58,954 bases of DNA from a virus (Duplodnaviria; Caudoviricetes). How positions within the stretch are numbered: position 1 is the stretch's first letter; the number at the start of each line of letters is the position of its first letter. The position numbers were made by a program, and so were the translations under genes. The DNA lies in IMG/VR virus record IMGVR_UViG_3300038436_000160, positions 1 to 58,954 of that record. One strand, 5' to 3'. This document shows positions 29,228 through 39,590 of this stretch, piece by piece. Below the pieces are notes generated by a model. The model ran no database searches. It was not told the origin of the DNA and was given only the letters and a program-made list of their open reading frames with translations.

Positions 29228-29326
29228 GGTTTTATTTCTGTTCTCAGACTATAAAATTGAACCCAAAAACTCTAGGTCGTTAATGTTAGTAAGTGAAAAT
29301 GCCTGATTGAAGTTATAATGAAACTG

Positions 29327-29355
29327 TTGAAATAACATCTGATATTATGTATTCT
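29327..29355 (+). promoter_or_regulatory. Sigma70 promoter of the defence operon with palindromic spacer
   Basis: TTGAAA-17-TATTCT; imperfect palindrome ATAACATC-T-GATATTAT at 29332-29348. Confidence 0.55.
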
Positions 29356-29366
29356 ATTAGTATCTA

Positions 29367-29555
29367 ATGGTAAGTAAACCTATGGAAGAATTGCTAACTC
29401 TGGGCGAGGCAGCGAAAGTGCTAAAAGTCCATCCTAATACACTTAGGTTGTGGGACAAAAAAGGTGTGCTTATTGCCATCCGGATCGGTGTTAAAAAAGT
29501 AAGGCGTTACAAAAGGGAAGATATTGAAAAATTCATCAATACCAAGAATAAATAA
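29367..29555 (+). CDS. Excisionase/MerR-like HTH protein
   Basis: LLTLGEAAKVLKVHPNTLRLWD..RRY. Confidence 0.85.
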   Translation: MVSKPMEELLTLGEAAKVLKVHPNTLRLWDKKGVLIAIRIGVKKVRRYKREDIEKFINTKNK

Positions 29556-29557
29556 AT

Positions 29558-32500
29558 ATGGCACTAATTGATAATAAAAACCAGACATTACAGGAAGCAC
29601 TTAAAAATGCCTTATTATCAGCTGACAGCGTAGATATAGCGGTCGGCTTTTTTTATTTTTCTGGCTTCCAAGCTCTCTTTGATCAATTAAAGGATAAGAA
29701 AATTAGAATTTTAGTTGGCTTGGAAGTCGATCCTCAGCTCGTTCCTATGATTGTTCAACAGTCTAAAGAAGGTGATATTGATCTTTCCAAGTGGCAAACA
29801 AGGAACAACGCCAACTCTAGAACCGTTCGGAAGCTCAATTACATTGATGCCTTTGTAAGTTTCATGAATGACAGTGATATTTTTGATAGCGATAGATCGA
29901 ATGATGTTTTTGACCTCTATATTCAGAAGGTAAAAGATGGAACGCTCGAAATTAGAAAGACTGTTTCTGACTATCATGGTAAGTTTTACCTCATTCATAA
30001 CAAACCAGAAGCATCTCAAAACGGAGATTTTCCTGGCACGATGTTTATGGGTTCCAGCAACCTTACCTATCGAGGGCTCATAGGGCAAGGCGAGCTAAAC
30101 GATTCCAACCGTGAGAAGAGTAAGTTTGAAGAGTACCAGACAGAATTTGAACGCATGTGGAATGATGCTCAGTCGATTGCCATTGCAGACATCAACACCA
30201 AAGAAGATTTTATCAAAGCTATAAAGCCTCGTATTTGGAAATATGCCGTTCCCGCACCTTACGACATCTATATTCGCATTCTCCATGAGCTATTTCAGCA
30301 AAAAGAGGTTGATTCCCTTAAAACTCCCAAAGTTATTACTGGAGGCTTATACAGTGACCTTGAATATCAAATCGATGCAGTAAAAATGGTTATCGATAAA
30401 TTAAGTAAATATGATGGAGCTATACTGGCTGACGTTGTAGGACTCGGTAAAAGTATTATTTCCTCGGCGGTTGCCCACAACATGGATATGCGAACAGTGG
30501 TTATCTCGCCACCTCACCTTATTCCACAGTGGGAAGATTACAAAGAGCAGTTTGGTATCAGAGGATCGAAAGTGTTTAGCTCTGGGAAAATTGGCGATGT
30601 CTATGAGCGGTATCAGGATTCTAGAGAGCCAATCTTATTCATACTTGATGAAGCCCACCGTTATCGCAATGAAGATACTTATGACTATAAACTCCTTCAC
30701 CAGGTCTGTAGAGGCAATCCAGACAACAAAGTATTATTACTTACGGCTACTCCCTTCAACAACGATCCCAAGGACGTGTTTGCTCTTCTTAAGTTATTTC
30801 AAACTCCAGGGCAATCAACTATTCGCTCTGTAGATAATCTGAGCTTACGTTATAGAGAACTGATTCAAAGGTATAAAAAACTTCGCCGAGACATGGCGCG
30901 GGATATGGATGCAGACGAAATTGATAAAGAGGCACAGGAAATTGCGGCAGAACAACGTCGACTTATTGAGCCAATTATCATTCGCCGCTCAAGGTTAGAT
31001 CTCAAATATATTACTCGTTATAGAGAAGATTTAGATGCTCAAGGTGTAGCTTTCTCTGAAGTCCTCGGGCCAAATTTGCTTGAGTATGACCTTGGTGACT
31101 TGTACGAGCTTTATATCGAAACTCTGAATTTGATTACAAAATCAGAAAATCAAGGTTTTATCGGTGCTCGCTATAAGCCAACAGATTCCGAGTACATGAA
31201 TGAAGAGAGTCGAAAGAAGTTTATTGAAAAATATAAGGATGAATTTGATGACGTCGAAGACATTAAAATTGCTCAATCCAACTTGGCTCAATTCATGAGA
31301 CGGTTGCTGGTTATGCGTTTTGAAAGTTCCAAAGATGCTTTCCGCTCAACTCTAGAGAAAATGATCGAATCCAATGAAAAGATCGAGAATTGGTGGAACG
31401 AGCTCGGCACTGTCCCTATTATGAAAAAGGGGCAACTACCTGATCCGAAGGATTATGATTTGGAGGATGGTGAAAATGGAGACGCTCTTTCTCAAGACTT
31501 GGAACTTTTACGCAACAGAGGTGGTTTTCTTGAAATAGACAAAGACCTGCTGAACCCTCGTTTTATTGAAGATGTTCGACATGACACTCAATTACTCAAG
31601 TCAATTCACAAGCAGTGGTATGGCAACTCCACATATGCTGATCTTGATCCCAAACTAGACGAATTAGTCTCTAAACTCAAAGACTTCCTTTCTGAAAATC
31701 CTGATAGAAAAATAGTTATCTTCTCTAGCTATAAGGACACAGTAGATTATCTTTTGGATCAACTTCACAAGCGTGGTTTCGATCGCGTAACTAAGTACAC
31801 TGCGGCAGAGGGAACTGATGCTTATAAACAGATAATAAAAGCCAACTTTGATGCTTCTTTCCCCTCTGAGCAACAAAAGAACGATTACGATGTTTTGTTG
31901 GCAACGGATGCCTTAAGCGAAGGTTTTAACCTGCATCGTGCCGGCATCGTCATTAACTATGACATTCCTTACAATCCTACTCGGGTAATTCAGCGTGTTG
32001 GACGTATCAATCGTATAAACAAGAAGGTTTTTGATTCCCTATTCGTTTACAACTGTTTCCCTACAGCAGTAGGTGAAGAAGAAACTCGAGTTAAATCAAT
32101 TTCGACTCTTAAGATTAAGTTAATAAACGCTGTGGTTGGCAGTGATACAAGAACTCTAACCAGCGACGAGGAGCTAAAGAGTTTCTTTAAAGATGAATTT
32201 GATAAAGCTAAACAGCAAGAGGAGCAATTGTCATGGGATGCTCCGCACCGAGAGGCGTATGAGAGAGCTCTTAGAAGTGAAAATATGCAGAGAATCTACG
32301 ATTTACCCAGGAGAAGCCGAATTATGCGTAGTGAAAGCGGCAAGCAAGGTGTGGTTGTTTTTGGAAAGAAAGGAGCTAATTCAATCTTCACCTACGGAAC
32401 AGTGCCTGAAGAGGCAGATGTAGTTTCTGCAGAATATGCTCTCACCTATTTCCAAGCAAAAAAAGACGAAGATGGATCCTCCGTTGGTGACAATTTCACT

Positions 32501-32842
32501 CTTGCCTTTAATACTGCTAAAGAAAAATTATTTGGTAAACACGAGTTGCCAAAAATTCAAGGTCGTAGAGCTAAATCAATTCAGGTATTGAAGGTTATCT
32601 CTGAAGAATTACCAACCTCAAGAGATTACTGCGAGGATATTATTTCTATTATCAAGACTTTGGATGACTTAAGTGACGGAGCCTTAAAGGATATTTCTCA
32701 CCTTGATCTTCGCAATGTTGAAAAAGCCTATGAAAAATTGCTTGAAATTGTTCCTGAGACGTATATCAGAAATGTACTTACTAGAGCGAATCGCACAGAA
32801 AGTGAACAGGAACTGCTCTTATTTGCAGAACAATTTGTATGA
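29558..32842 (+). CDS. PLD-nuclease plus SNF2-family helicase
   Basis: HGKFY..GSSNLT; LADVVGLGKS, DEAH, TATP, EGFNL, QRVGRINR. Confidence 0.9.
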   Translation: MALIDNKNQTLQEALKNALLSADSVDIAVGFFYFSGFQALFDQLKDKKIRILVGLEVDPQLVPMIVQQSKEGDIDLSKWQTRNNANSRTVRKLNYIDAFVSFMNDSDIFDSDRSNDVFDLYIQKVKDGTLEIRKTVSDYHGKFYLIHNKPEASQNGDFPGTMFMGSSNLTYRGLIGQGELNDSNREKSKFEEYQTEFERMWNDAQSIAIADINTKEDFIKAIKPRIWKYAVPAPYDIYIRILHELFQQKEVDSLKTPKVITGGLYSDLEYQIDAVKMVIDKLSKYDGAILADVVGLGKSIISSAVAHNMDMRTVVISPPHLIPQWEDYKEQFGIRGSKVFSSGKIGDVYERYQDSREPILFILDEAHRYRNEDTYDYKLLHQVCRGNPDNKVLLLTATPFNNDPKDVFALLKLFQTPGQSTIRSVDNLSLRYRELIQRYKKLRRDMARDMDADEIDKEAQEIAAEQRRLIEPIIIRRSRLDLKYITRYREDLDAQGVAFSEVLGPNLLEYDLGDLYELYIETLNLITKSENQGFIGARYKPTDSEYMNEESRKKFIEKYKDEFDDVEDIKIAQSNLAQFMRRLLVMRFESSKDAFRSTLEKMIESNEKIENWWNELGTVPIMKKGQLPDPKDYDLEDGENGDALSQDLELLRNRGGFLEIDKDLLNPRFIEDVRHDTQLLKSIHKQWYGNSTYADLDPKLDELVSKLKDFLSENPDRKIVIFSSYKDTVDYLLDQLHKRGFDRVTKYTAAEGTDAYKQIIKANFDASFPSEQQKNDYDVLLATDALSEGFNLHRAGIVINYDIPYNPTRVIQRVGRINRINKKVFDSLFVYNCFPTAVGEEETRVKSISTLKIKLINAVVGSDTRTLTSDEELKSFFKDEFDKAKQQEEQLSWDAPHREAYERALRSENMQRIYDLPRRSRIMRSESGKQGVVVFGKKGANSIFTYGTVPEEADVVSAEYALTYFQAKKDEDGSSVGDNFTLAFNTAKEKLFGKHELPKIQGRRAKSIQVLKVISEELPTSRDYCEDIISIIKTLDDLSDGALKDISHLDLRNVEKAYEKLLEIVPETYIRNVLTRANRTESEQELLLFAEQFV

Positions 32843-35800
32843 TGAACTTAAATGAAAAATACAATCGAGATGAATTTATCAACTTCCTAAGTGAGATTTT
32901 TCTTCAGGATTATCAAAGAGATGTTCGACCAATTTCCACTAGTGACTATAAGTCAATTAATAAAGCTTTCAGCCTTGGTAGAAGTGAGTCACTTGACCTA
33001 CAGGTTTTTGAATTTGAGTACTCGGGTTCCTTTAATAAGCGCATAGCATTAGCAAAAGATGCCTTTCAGGTAATGAAACAAAGTGCTGTTTTTCAAGCAC
33101 TAGCGGTCTTTCACTCTCACGGAAGTGATGACTGGCGGTTTTCGTTGATGACTGCAAACCCACAAAAAACTGACAGAGGAGGAGTTGCCCTCGCTTATTC
33201 AAATCCGAGAAGATACTCTTTTTTCTTAGGACCAAATGCTAAGGTAAACACTCCAATTAAGTTTTTATTAAAACGTGGAACCGTTCATAATTTAGTTGAC
33301 TTAAAAGACAGATTCTCCTTGGAGGTTGTAAATAAAGAGTTCTATAAGGAAATTTCTGAAAACTTCGTCAAGTTGGTAGGGGGGACTCTCGGTGTCGGCC
33401 GAGGAAAAACTACATATAAAGGTGTACTTAAGTTACCATCTATTCCTGAACACAGCCAAATAAGTGCTGAGTTTGCAGTTCGTTTGATAGGAAGAATTAT
33501 CTTTGGCTGGTTTTTGAGAGAAAAAAGAAGTCCTGATAGTGGATCGTTAATGCCTAGAGAGTTGCTTTCGCTTGACGCTGCAAAAACAAATAAAGACTAT
33601 TATCACAGTATACTTGAGCCGATATTTTTTGAGATCTTGAATCAGCCGGTTAAATCGAGGAAGGACGCTTATTTTAAAGAGCCTTATTCACTAATTCCAT
33701 ACCTTAACGGTGGTCTTTTTTCTCCACACGAAAGCGATTTCTATAAACGTCGAAATGGCGATTTGCAATCCCAATTCCACAACACTGTGGTTGTTCCCGA
33801 CGAATGGTTTGTCGAATTCTTTCAAACTCTAGAAACTTATAACTTCACCATTGATGAAAATACTAGCTTTGATGAGGAGTTATCTATTGATCCAGAAATG
33901 CTTGGGCGAATTTTTGAAAACTTGTTGGCAGAAATAAACCCAGAGACTGGAGAATCTGCTCGTAAGAGTACGGGAAGCTACTATACACCTCGTATGATCG
34001 TGGACTACATGGTTGATGAGAGTCTACTCCTGTACTTAAAACAACACACATCAATTAGTGAGGAAAAACTAAAAGCTATTATTAGCTATGATTTAACTGA
34101 TGATTCGGAATATCCTCTTAACGAGGATGAAAAGCAAGAAGTAATCAATGCTTTAGAGCGAGTGAAAATCTTGGATCCAGCGTGCGGATCAGGCGCTTTT
34201 CCTATTGGTGCATTGCAAAAAATGGTTTTTGTCCTCCAGCAAGTTGATCCAGAGGGGCACCTTTGGTTTAAGAAGCAAATCAAAAGCACTTCGCCAGAAA
34301 TAAGGAGAGTCATAGAAAGAGAGTTTACTCACAAAAACTTTGATTATATTCGTAAGCTCGGTGTGATTAGGGAGAATATTTATGGAGTTGATATTCAACC
34401 CATTGCTACTGAAATCTCCAGACTTCGATGTTTCCTAACACTTGTTGTCGATGAACGAATTGACGATTCTCTTGAGAATAGGGGCATTGAACCATTGCCA
34501 AACCTTGATTTCAAATTCGTGGCAGCCAACAGTTTGATTGGTCTTCCGACCACCAATAAGCAAGTTCAGGTTGGTCTTTTTGAAGACAATGAGGGTATCT
34601 CTGAACTAAAAGAGATCAGGGATATGTTTTTCAACGCTTCAGGGTCTGAACGTGATGCGCTAAAACTTCAGTTTGTCCAGGCACAGAATAAGATGTTCCA
34701 GCGCTTAATTAGCGAAGGTCGTCGTGGTCATGCTGACTTAACTACCAAGCTTACGAGTTGGGATCCGTTCAGTAACAAAGCCTCATCTTGGTTTGACCCT
34801 GAGTGGATGTTTGGCATAAATGAAGGTTTTGACATCGTTATTGCAAACCCACCTTACATAAGTTATGGCTTAAGAGGTACGCAAAAAATGACTCCTGAGG
34901 AGAGGAAAACTTTAGTTAGTTTTTACCCCAATTCGGCAGAGTATAAAATCAGCATTTATGCCATTTTTATGGATAAAGCTATTCAACTCTCTAAGGTTGA
35001 TGGTGGGATTCAAACTTATATCGTCCCAGACAGCTTCCTTCTTGGTAGATATTTCTCAAAAGTTAGAGGACAAATTCTCAATCACTGCGAAATAATTCAT
35101 CTTTCGTGGATGCCTTATAAAATTTTCGAGGCAACGGTTGGTTTCTCTATTGTTTACACTTTCCATCGAAAAATAAGTATAAATCCAGATCATAAATTGG
35201 CTGCACGCTATATTGCAAACAATAATCAGATATCAGATAAAACATACCAAGAGTTTAAATATAGGCAAGCGTACTTTAAGGCTCAGAAGCATCATCGTTT
35301 TAGAATGTTCTTTGACAAAAAGACTATGGATCTTGTCGATAAAATTGAGCACGAGACAGTGCCACTTGGAGACTACTTTATTGGAAGAACTGGTGTAAGG
35401 TCGTTAATTGGACAAAAAAACATAGTCGCAAAAGAAAAGAAAACGGAAACTTGGCAGAAGGGATTAACTTCTGGAGGACAAATTCTGAAGTATCGAATCA
35501 AATACGACGATGATTATATAAATATCGACCCAAAGCTACTTAATAAAGGCGGTTGGGACTATGATGTTATTCACAATCCAAAGATATTAATCCGTCAAAC
35601 AGCAGATTCTCTAACTGCATCTTTGGATACAAATAATTACTACCATTTAAACAACGTACACTCTTTTGCACCGAAAAACCCAGACGGAGAAATAAAACTT
35701 AAGTATTTGTTGTCCCTCCTAAATTCTAGATTATTTACATGGTTCTACCAAACAACCTCCCTTGAAACAGGGAGAACAATGGCTCAAACAGACATAGAAA

Positions 35801-36030
35801 CTTTAGAGTGTCTGCCAATTAAAAAAATTAGCATTACAGAGCAAGAGGTATTTATTAGTATTGTCGACGAATTACTGGCATTGGGAAGTGAGCCAAGTTT
35901 TGATAACGATAGTTCCAAACGATTAACGCTTTCAAAACTACAGGAAAAGATTGATTCAATGGTATATGGCCTTTATGAGTTGAATGAGAAAGAGGTTGCC
36001 ATTGTGGAAGGAGGCAGTAATGTTTCCTAG
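32839..36030 (+). CDS. Eco57I/type IIG-like N6-adenine DNA methyltransferase with TaqI-C-like specificity domain
   Basis: YLNGGLF, GSYYTP, DPACGSGAF, NPPY, KILIRQT, LLNS. Confidence 0.9.
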   Translation: MMNLNEKYNRDEFINFLSEIFLQDYQRDVRPISTSDYKSINKAFSLGRSESLDLQVFEFEYSGSFNKRIALAKDAFQVMKQSAVFQALAVFHSHGSDDWRFSLMTANPQKTDRGGVALAYSNPRRYSFFLGPNAKVNTPIKFLLKRGTVHNLVDLKDRFSLEVVNKEFYKEISENFVKLVGGTLGVGRGKTTYKGVLKLPSIPEHSQISAEFAVRLIGRIIFGWFLREKRSPDSGSLMPRELLSLDAAKTNKDYYHSILEPIFFEILNQPVKSRKDAYFKEPYSLIPYLNGGLFSPHESDFYKRRNGDLQSQFHNTVVVPDEWFVEFFQTLETYNFTIDENTSFDEELSIDPEMLGRIFENLLAEINPETGESARKSTGSYYTPRMIVDYMVDESLLLYLKQHTSISEEKLKAIISYDLTDDSEYPLNEDEKQEVINALERVKILDPACGSGAFPIGALQKMVFVLQQVDPEGHLWFKKQIKSTSPEIRRVIEREFTHKNFDYIRKLGVIRENIYGVDIQPIATEISRLRCFLTLVVDERIDDSLENRGIEPLPNLDFKFVAANSLIGLPTTNKQVQVGLFEDNEGISELKEIRDMFFNASGSERDALKLQFVQAQNKMFQRLISEGRRGHADLTTKLTSWDPFSNKASSWFDPEWMFGINEGFDIVIANPPYISYGLRGTQKMTPEERKTLVSFYPNSAEYKISIYAIFMDKAIQLSKVDGGIQTYIVPDSFLLGRYFSKVRGQILNHCEIIHLSWMPYKIFEATVGFSIVYTFHRKISINPDHKLAARYIANNNQISDKTYQEFKYRQAYFKAQKHHRFRMFFDKKTMDLVDKIEHETVPLGDYFIGRTGVRSLIGQKNIVAKEKKTETWQKGLTSGGQILKYRIKYDDDYINIDPKLLNKGGWDYDVIHNPKILIRQTADSLTASLDTNNYYHLNNVHSFAPKNPDGEIKLKYLLSLLNSRLFTWFYQTTSLETGRTMAQTDIETLECLPIKKISITEQEVFISIVDELLALGSEPSFDNDSSKRLTLSKLQEKIDSMVYGLYELNEKEVAIVEGGSNVS

Positions 36031-38830
36031 AGGATCACAGTGGCGTAGATGGGATCTCCATATTCACACCAAAGGCACAGCCAAAAATGACCAATTCACT
36101 AGCGATACTTTTGACGATTTCTGCATTGATCTTTTTAGGAAGGCCATCGATAAAGAAATAGCAGTTATCGGTATTACTGATTACTTCGCTATTGAGAACT
36201 ATAGAAAAGTTGTGGACTTTGTTCGTAACATTGACACTTTTACTAACACTAATACATCTGGGCAAACTATCTTTTCGAATGATGATAAACAGAGAATTAA
36301 AGAAATATTTATACTTCCCAATGTAGAACTTCGAATGATGCCTAGCACTAACAGTGGGCGTCTGGTTAACATCCATTGTCTATTTAATCCAGAGTTTCTT
36401 GGTTTTATTGAAAACGATTTTTTTGGGTCCATTGAATACTCAGCTGGTACTGCCACTAAGTTTAAGATGAATAGGCAGGGCATGATAGGTTTGGGAAAGT
36501 CTCTTGACTCGAGTCTAAATGAAGAAGTTGCATACAAGAAAGGATTGGCTAATTTTGTTGTTTCTCATGGAGATCTCCAAGCTTTATATGACAATAACAA
36601 AAACTTTAGAAACAATGTTGTCATCGTAGTTAGTAATTCCAATAATGATGGTGCTTCAGCATTCCAACAGCATTATGATTTGTTCGAAAACAATACTGAG
36701 AGTCAGTTAGATGCCGTTCGTAAATCGATCTACTGCATATCTCATGCGGTATTTTCAAGTAACCCAGAAGATAGAAAATATTTCTTAGGAGAACGGGTCG
36801 ATAATGAGGAAGTAGTTTCTGAAAAATGCGGTTCACTTAAACCATGCATACATGGGTCCGATGCTCACACAGAAGATAAGCTCTTTAATCCAAACAATAA
36901 TCTATATTGCTGGATAAAAGCAGACCCCACTTTTGAAGGACTGAAACAAATAATTTGGGACCCGAAAGAGAGAGTAAGGATTCAAGAGAGAAATCCTGCA
37001 GACAGCAAATCAGGCAGGATTATTATTGATAACATTACATACAAAGACGGCTCTGGACAAGTGAAAACGGTTCCCTTAAATCAGGATCTTAACTCAATTA
37101 TTGGTACTCGTGGAAGTGGTAAATCTACTCTTCTAAAGAATATTGCCTCAAAAGTTGATCCTATTCAGTTTTCTGAAAAAGACAAATTCGATAAGTTATA
37201 TAACTTGGACGAGTTCAAGGTTCACTGGGGAGATGGCGAGGAAGATCATGGCAATGATGACAGTCCAAAGAATGTATTTTATATTCCTCAAAATTATCTG
37301 AGTTCTCTTGCCTACGAAGAAGAAGATAAAGCACAAGAGCGAGATAAGTTTTTAACAAAACTCCTTAAAAAACACATTCGATTTGCTAATGCAATCCAGT
37401 CTTATGAGGAGTTTGTTTCGAACAGTAAGATACAAATTGAGGGACAGATTCAAGATTTACTGAGTGCTAATTCAACATTAATTGAAAATAGTAGCTTACT
37501 TAAGAAGCAGGGCTCTAAAAAAGAAATTGAAGGAGAAATATCGAACAAGAATGATGAGATCAAAAAATATAAAGGTTCAGGTGATCAGGCAGTTACCGAA
37601 AAAGAATTAGAAGATTATTCTGCTGCTAAAAAGACAGCTAGTGAAAGCAGCGATAAAATCATCATCTTGAACCAAGATAGAACTATTTTAGATGCGCTTC
37701 AGCAAAATGAAACGAACGTGCTCGTTACTAACCAAGAATTCAACAGACTATCTATTAAAAGGCAGGAGGCCTTAAGAGAAGAGTTAACAAAAAAGGGCAG
37801 GGAGAATTTAACAGATCTTATAAAAACTGAGATAGCTAAGATAGATCAGGAAATAAAAACCTTGAATAAGATTATTGTTGATCAAAATAAAATTATTGGA
37901 CCGTTAGACAAAAAGATTAAAGCAAACAAAGCGTTAGAAGGACTCACCAAGGAGCTTGCGGATTTGCAAATAATTCTTTCAAAGATAAACGAATATACAG
38001 AGAAAATAAAACAGGCAACAGCTCAAAAAACTGAGGCTATAGGCAAGTTGGTAGATTCCTATGCTAACTTTGATAACCAACAGCAAGCAATTTTTGGGAC
38101 TGCTCAATTTGATGATACCTTTTCTTTCTTAAAAATAGAAACAGTAACTGTCTACAACAGTAATGATCTAAAGAGATTTGTAGAAAGAAACATAAATACA
38201 AGAGATTCCGATCCCCAGGTAAAACAAGAGGAAGATATAGTTACTTTGTTCAGTGAATCTCCCATTAAACCATCAGAAGATACTATAAAAAAAGTTATCG
38301 TTGGCTTAGTAGATGGAAAAATCAAAACAAAGGTTGAAGTTAATGATGTATCACAAGTTATCTCACAACTACTAAAGAATAGATATGAAATTGATTACTT
38401 AAACTCGGTGAAGACTAAAGACGAAAATACTCATTTTAAAGACATGACTGGAGGACAGAAAGCCATAGCCCTTCTTGAGCTTGTTTTTAACTATGACGAC
38501 GAAAAATATCCGATCTTGATTGATCAGCCAGAAGACGACCTCGATGTCGTTGGCGTGGCAACTGATCTAGTAAGATTTGTGAAACAAGAAAAAGAAGAGA
38601 GACAAATAATCATTGTGTCTCACAATGCCAGTTTAGTCGTATGTGCTGATACAGAAGAAGTGTTGGTTTCCGAAAGTCATAGACAAGAGAATGGTAAGTA
38701 TGATTTCTCCTACCAAACAGGGGCGATAGAAGATTTAAATGTCAGAGACGAGATAATCAGGGTTTTGGAAGGTGGGAAAGCTGCTCTCAAACAAAGAGCT
38801 AGAAAGCTTAATTTTAAGCATGAAATTTAA
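36020..38830 (+). CDS. PHP phosphoesterase plus ABC/AAA ATPase (TrlF/Ppl-like defence protein)
   Basis: WDLHIHT, ITDYF, GSDAH; GTRGSGKST, MTGGQK, LIDQPEDDLD, VSHNA. Confidence 0.85.
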   Translation: MFPRGSQWRRWDLHIHTKGTAKNDQFTSDTFDDFCIDLFRKAIDKEIAVIGITDYFAIENYRKVVDFVRNIDTFTNTNTSGQTIFSNDDKQRIKEIFILPNVELRMMPSTNSGRLVNIHCLFNPEFLGFIENDFFGSIEYSAGTATKFKMNRQGMIGLGKSLDSSLNEEVAYKKGLANFVVSHGDLQALYDNNKNFRNNVVIVVSNSNNDGASAFQQHYDLFENNTESQLDAVRKSIYCISHAVFSSNPEDRKYFLGERVDNEEVVSEKCGSLKPCIHGSDAHTEDKLFNPNNNLYCWIKADPTFEGLKQIIWDPKERVRIQERNPADSKSGRIIIDNITYKDGSGQVKTVPLNQDLNSIIGTRGSGKSTLLKNIASKVDPIQFSEKDKFDKLYNLDEFKVHWGDGEEDHGNDDSPKNVFYIPQNYLSSLAYEEEDKAQERDKFLTKLLKKHIRFANAIQSYEEFVSNSKIQIEGQIQDLLSANSTLIENSSLLKKQGSKKEIEGEISNKNDEIKKYKGSGDQAVTEKELEDYSAAKKTASESSDKIIILNQDRTILDALQQNETNVLVTNQEFNRLSIKRQEALREELTKKGRENLTDLIKTEIAKIDQEIKTLNKIIVDQNKIIGPLDKKIKANKALEGLTKELADLQIILSKINEYTEKIKQATAQKTEAIGKLVDSYANFDNQQQAIFGTAQFDDTFSFLKIETVTVYNSNDLKRFVERNINTRDSDPQVKQEEDIVTLFSESPIKPSEDTIKKVIVGLVDGKIKTKVEVNDVSQVISQLLKNRYEIDYLNSVKTKDENTHFKDMTGGQKAIALLELVFNYDDEKYPILIDQPEDDLDVVGVATDLVRFVKQEKEERQIIIVSHNASLVVCADTEEVLVSESHRQENGKYDFSYQTGAIEDLNVRDEIIRVLEGGKAALKQRARKLNFKHEI

Positions 38831-38832
38831 TT

Positions 38833-39588
38833 ATGTCCCAATACTATAACTCACAACGAACCAAAGGCTTATACGACCCGGCTTCTCCTGAGACGTTCAA
38901 GCTTTCTCGTTCTAAAATAGATCTTTTCTTGCAGTGTCCAAGATGTTTTTACTTTGATCGCCGACTAGGAGTAGCTCGCCCTCCTGGTTTCCCATTTGCT
39001 CTGAATTCGGCTGTTGACCATCTTCTGAAGCTAGAGTTCGATGTTCATCGAATTAATGGCACAAAGCATCCCTTGATTGAGAAATATGGCATTGATGCCC
39101 GACCTGTTGCTCATGTTGATCTTGATAAATGGCGACACAACTTCACTGGTGTTCAGTACCTTCATCAACCTACAAATCTGCTCATTTTTGGCGCAATTGA
39201 CGATCTCTGGATTAACTCTGAGGGTGAGTACATCGTCGTCGACTACAAATCTACTTCTAAGAGCGAAGTTATCACTGAACTTAACAAGGATTGGCAGGAT
39301 GGCTACAAACGTCAAATGGAGGTTTACCAGTGGTTGCTAAGAAAAAATGGGTTCAAGGTATCCAACACTGGCTACTTCGTTTATTGTAATGGACAAACGG
39401 ACAGGAAAGCCTTTGATGGAAAGCTTGAGTTTGAAATCACCCTCATTCCCTATAAAGGTGATGACTCCTGGGTCGAAAATGCCGTCACAGAGGCTCACAA
39501 ATGCCTTCAATCGGCTGAGTGCCCTGATAGTGGTGCAGACTGCGATTATTGTGCATATAGAAAAGCTGCCTATGAAATTGAGCAATAA
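38833..39588 (+). CDS. RecB/Cas4-like PD-(D/E)XK nuclease
   Basis: CPRC, GAIDD, VVDYKS, QMEVY, CDYC. Confidence 0.85.
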   Translation: MSQYYNSQRTKGLYDPASPETFKLSRSKIDLFLQCPRCFYFDRRLGVARPPGFPFALNSAVDHLLKLEFDVHRINGTKHPLIEKYGIDARPVAHVDLDKWRHNFTGVQYLHQPTNLLIFGAIDDLWINSEGEYIVVDYKSTSKSEVITELNKDWQDGYKRQMEVYQWLLRKNGFKVSNTGYFVYCNGQTDRKAFDGKLEFEITLIPYKGDDSWVENAVTEAHKCLQSAECPDSGADCDYCAYRKAAYEIEQ

Positions 39589-39590
39589 AA

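Noticed and set aside
29367-29555. Prophage excisionase
   Set aside because: Lies 28 kb from a serine integrase and heads the defence operon; a regulator role is more likely
38833-39588. CRISPR-Cas (Cas4-like gene)
   Set aside because: No array or other cas genes seen
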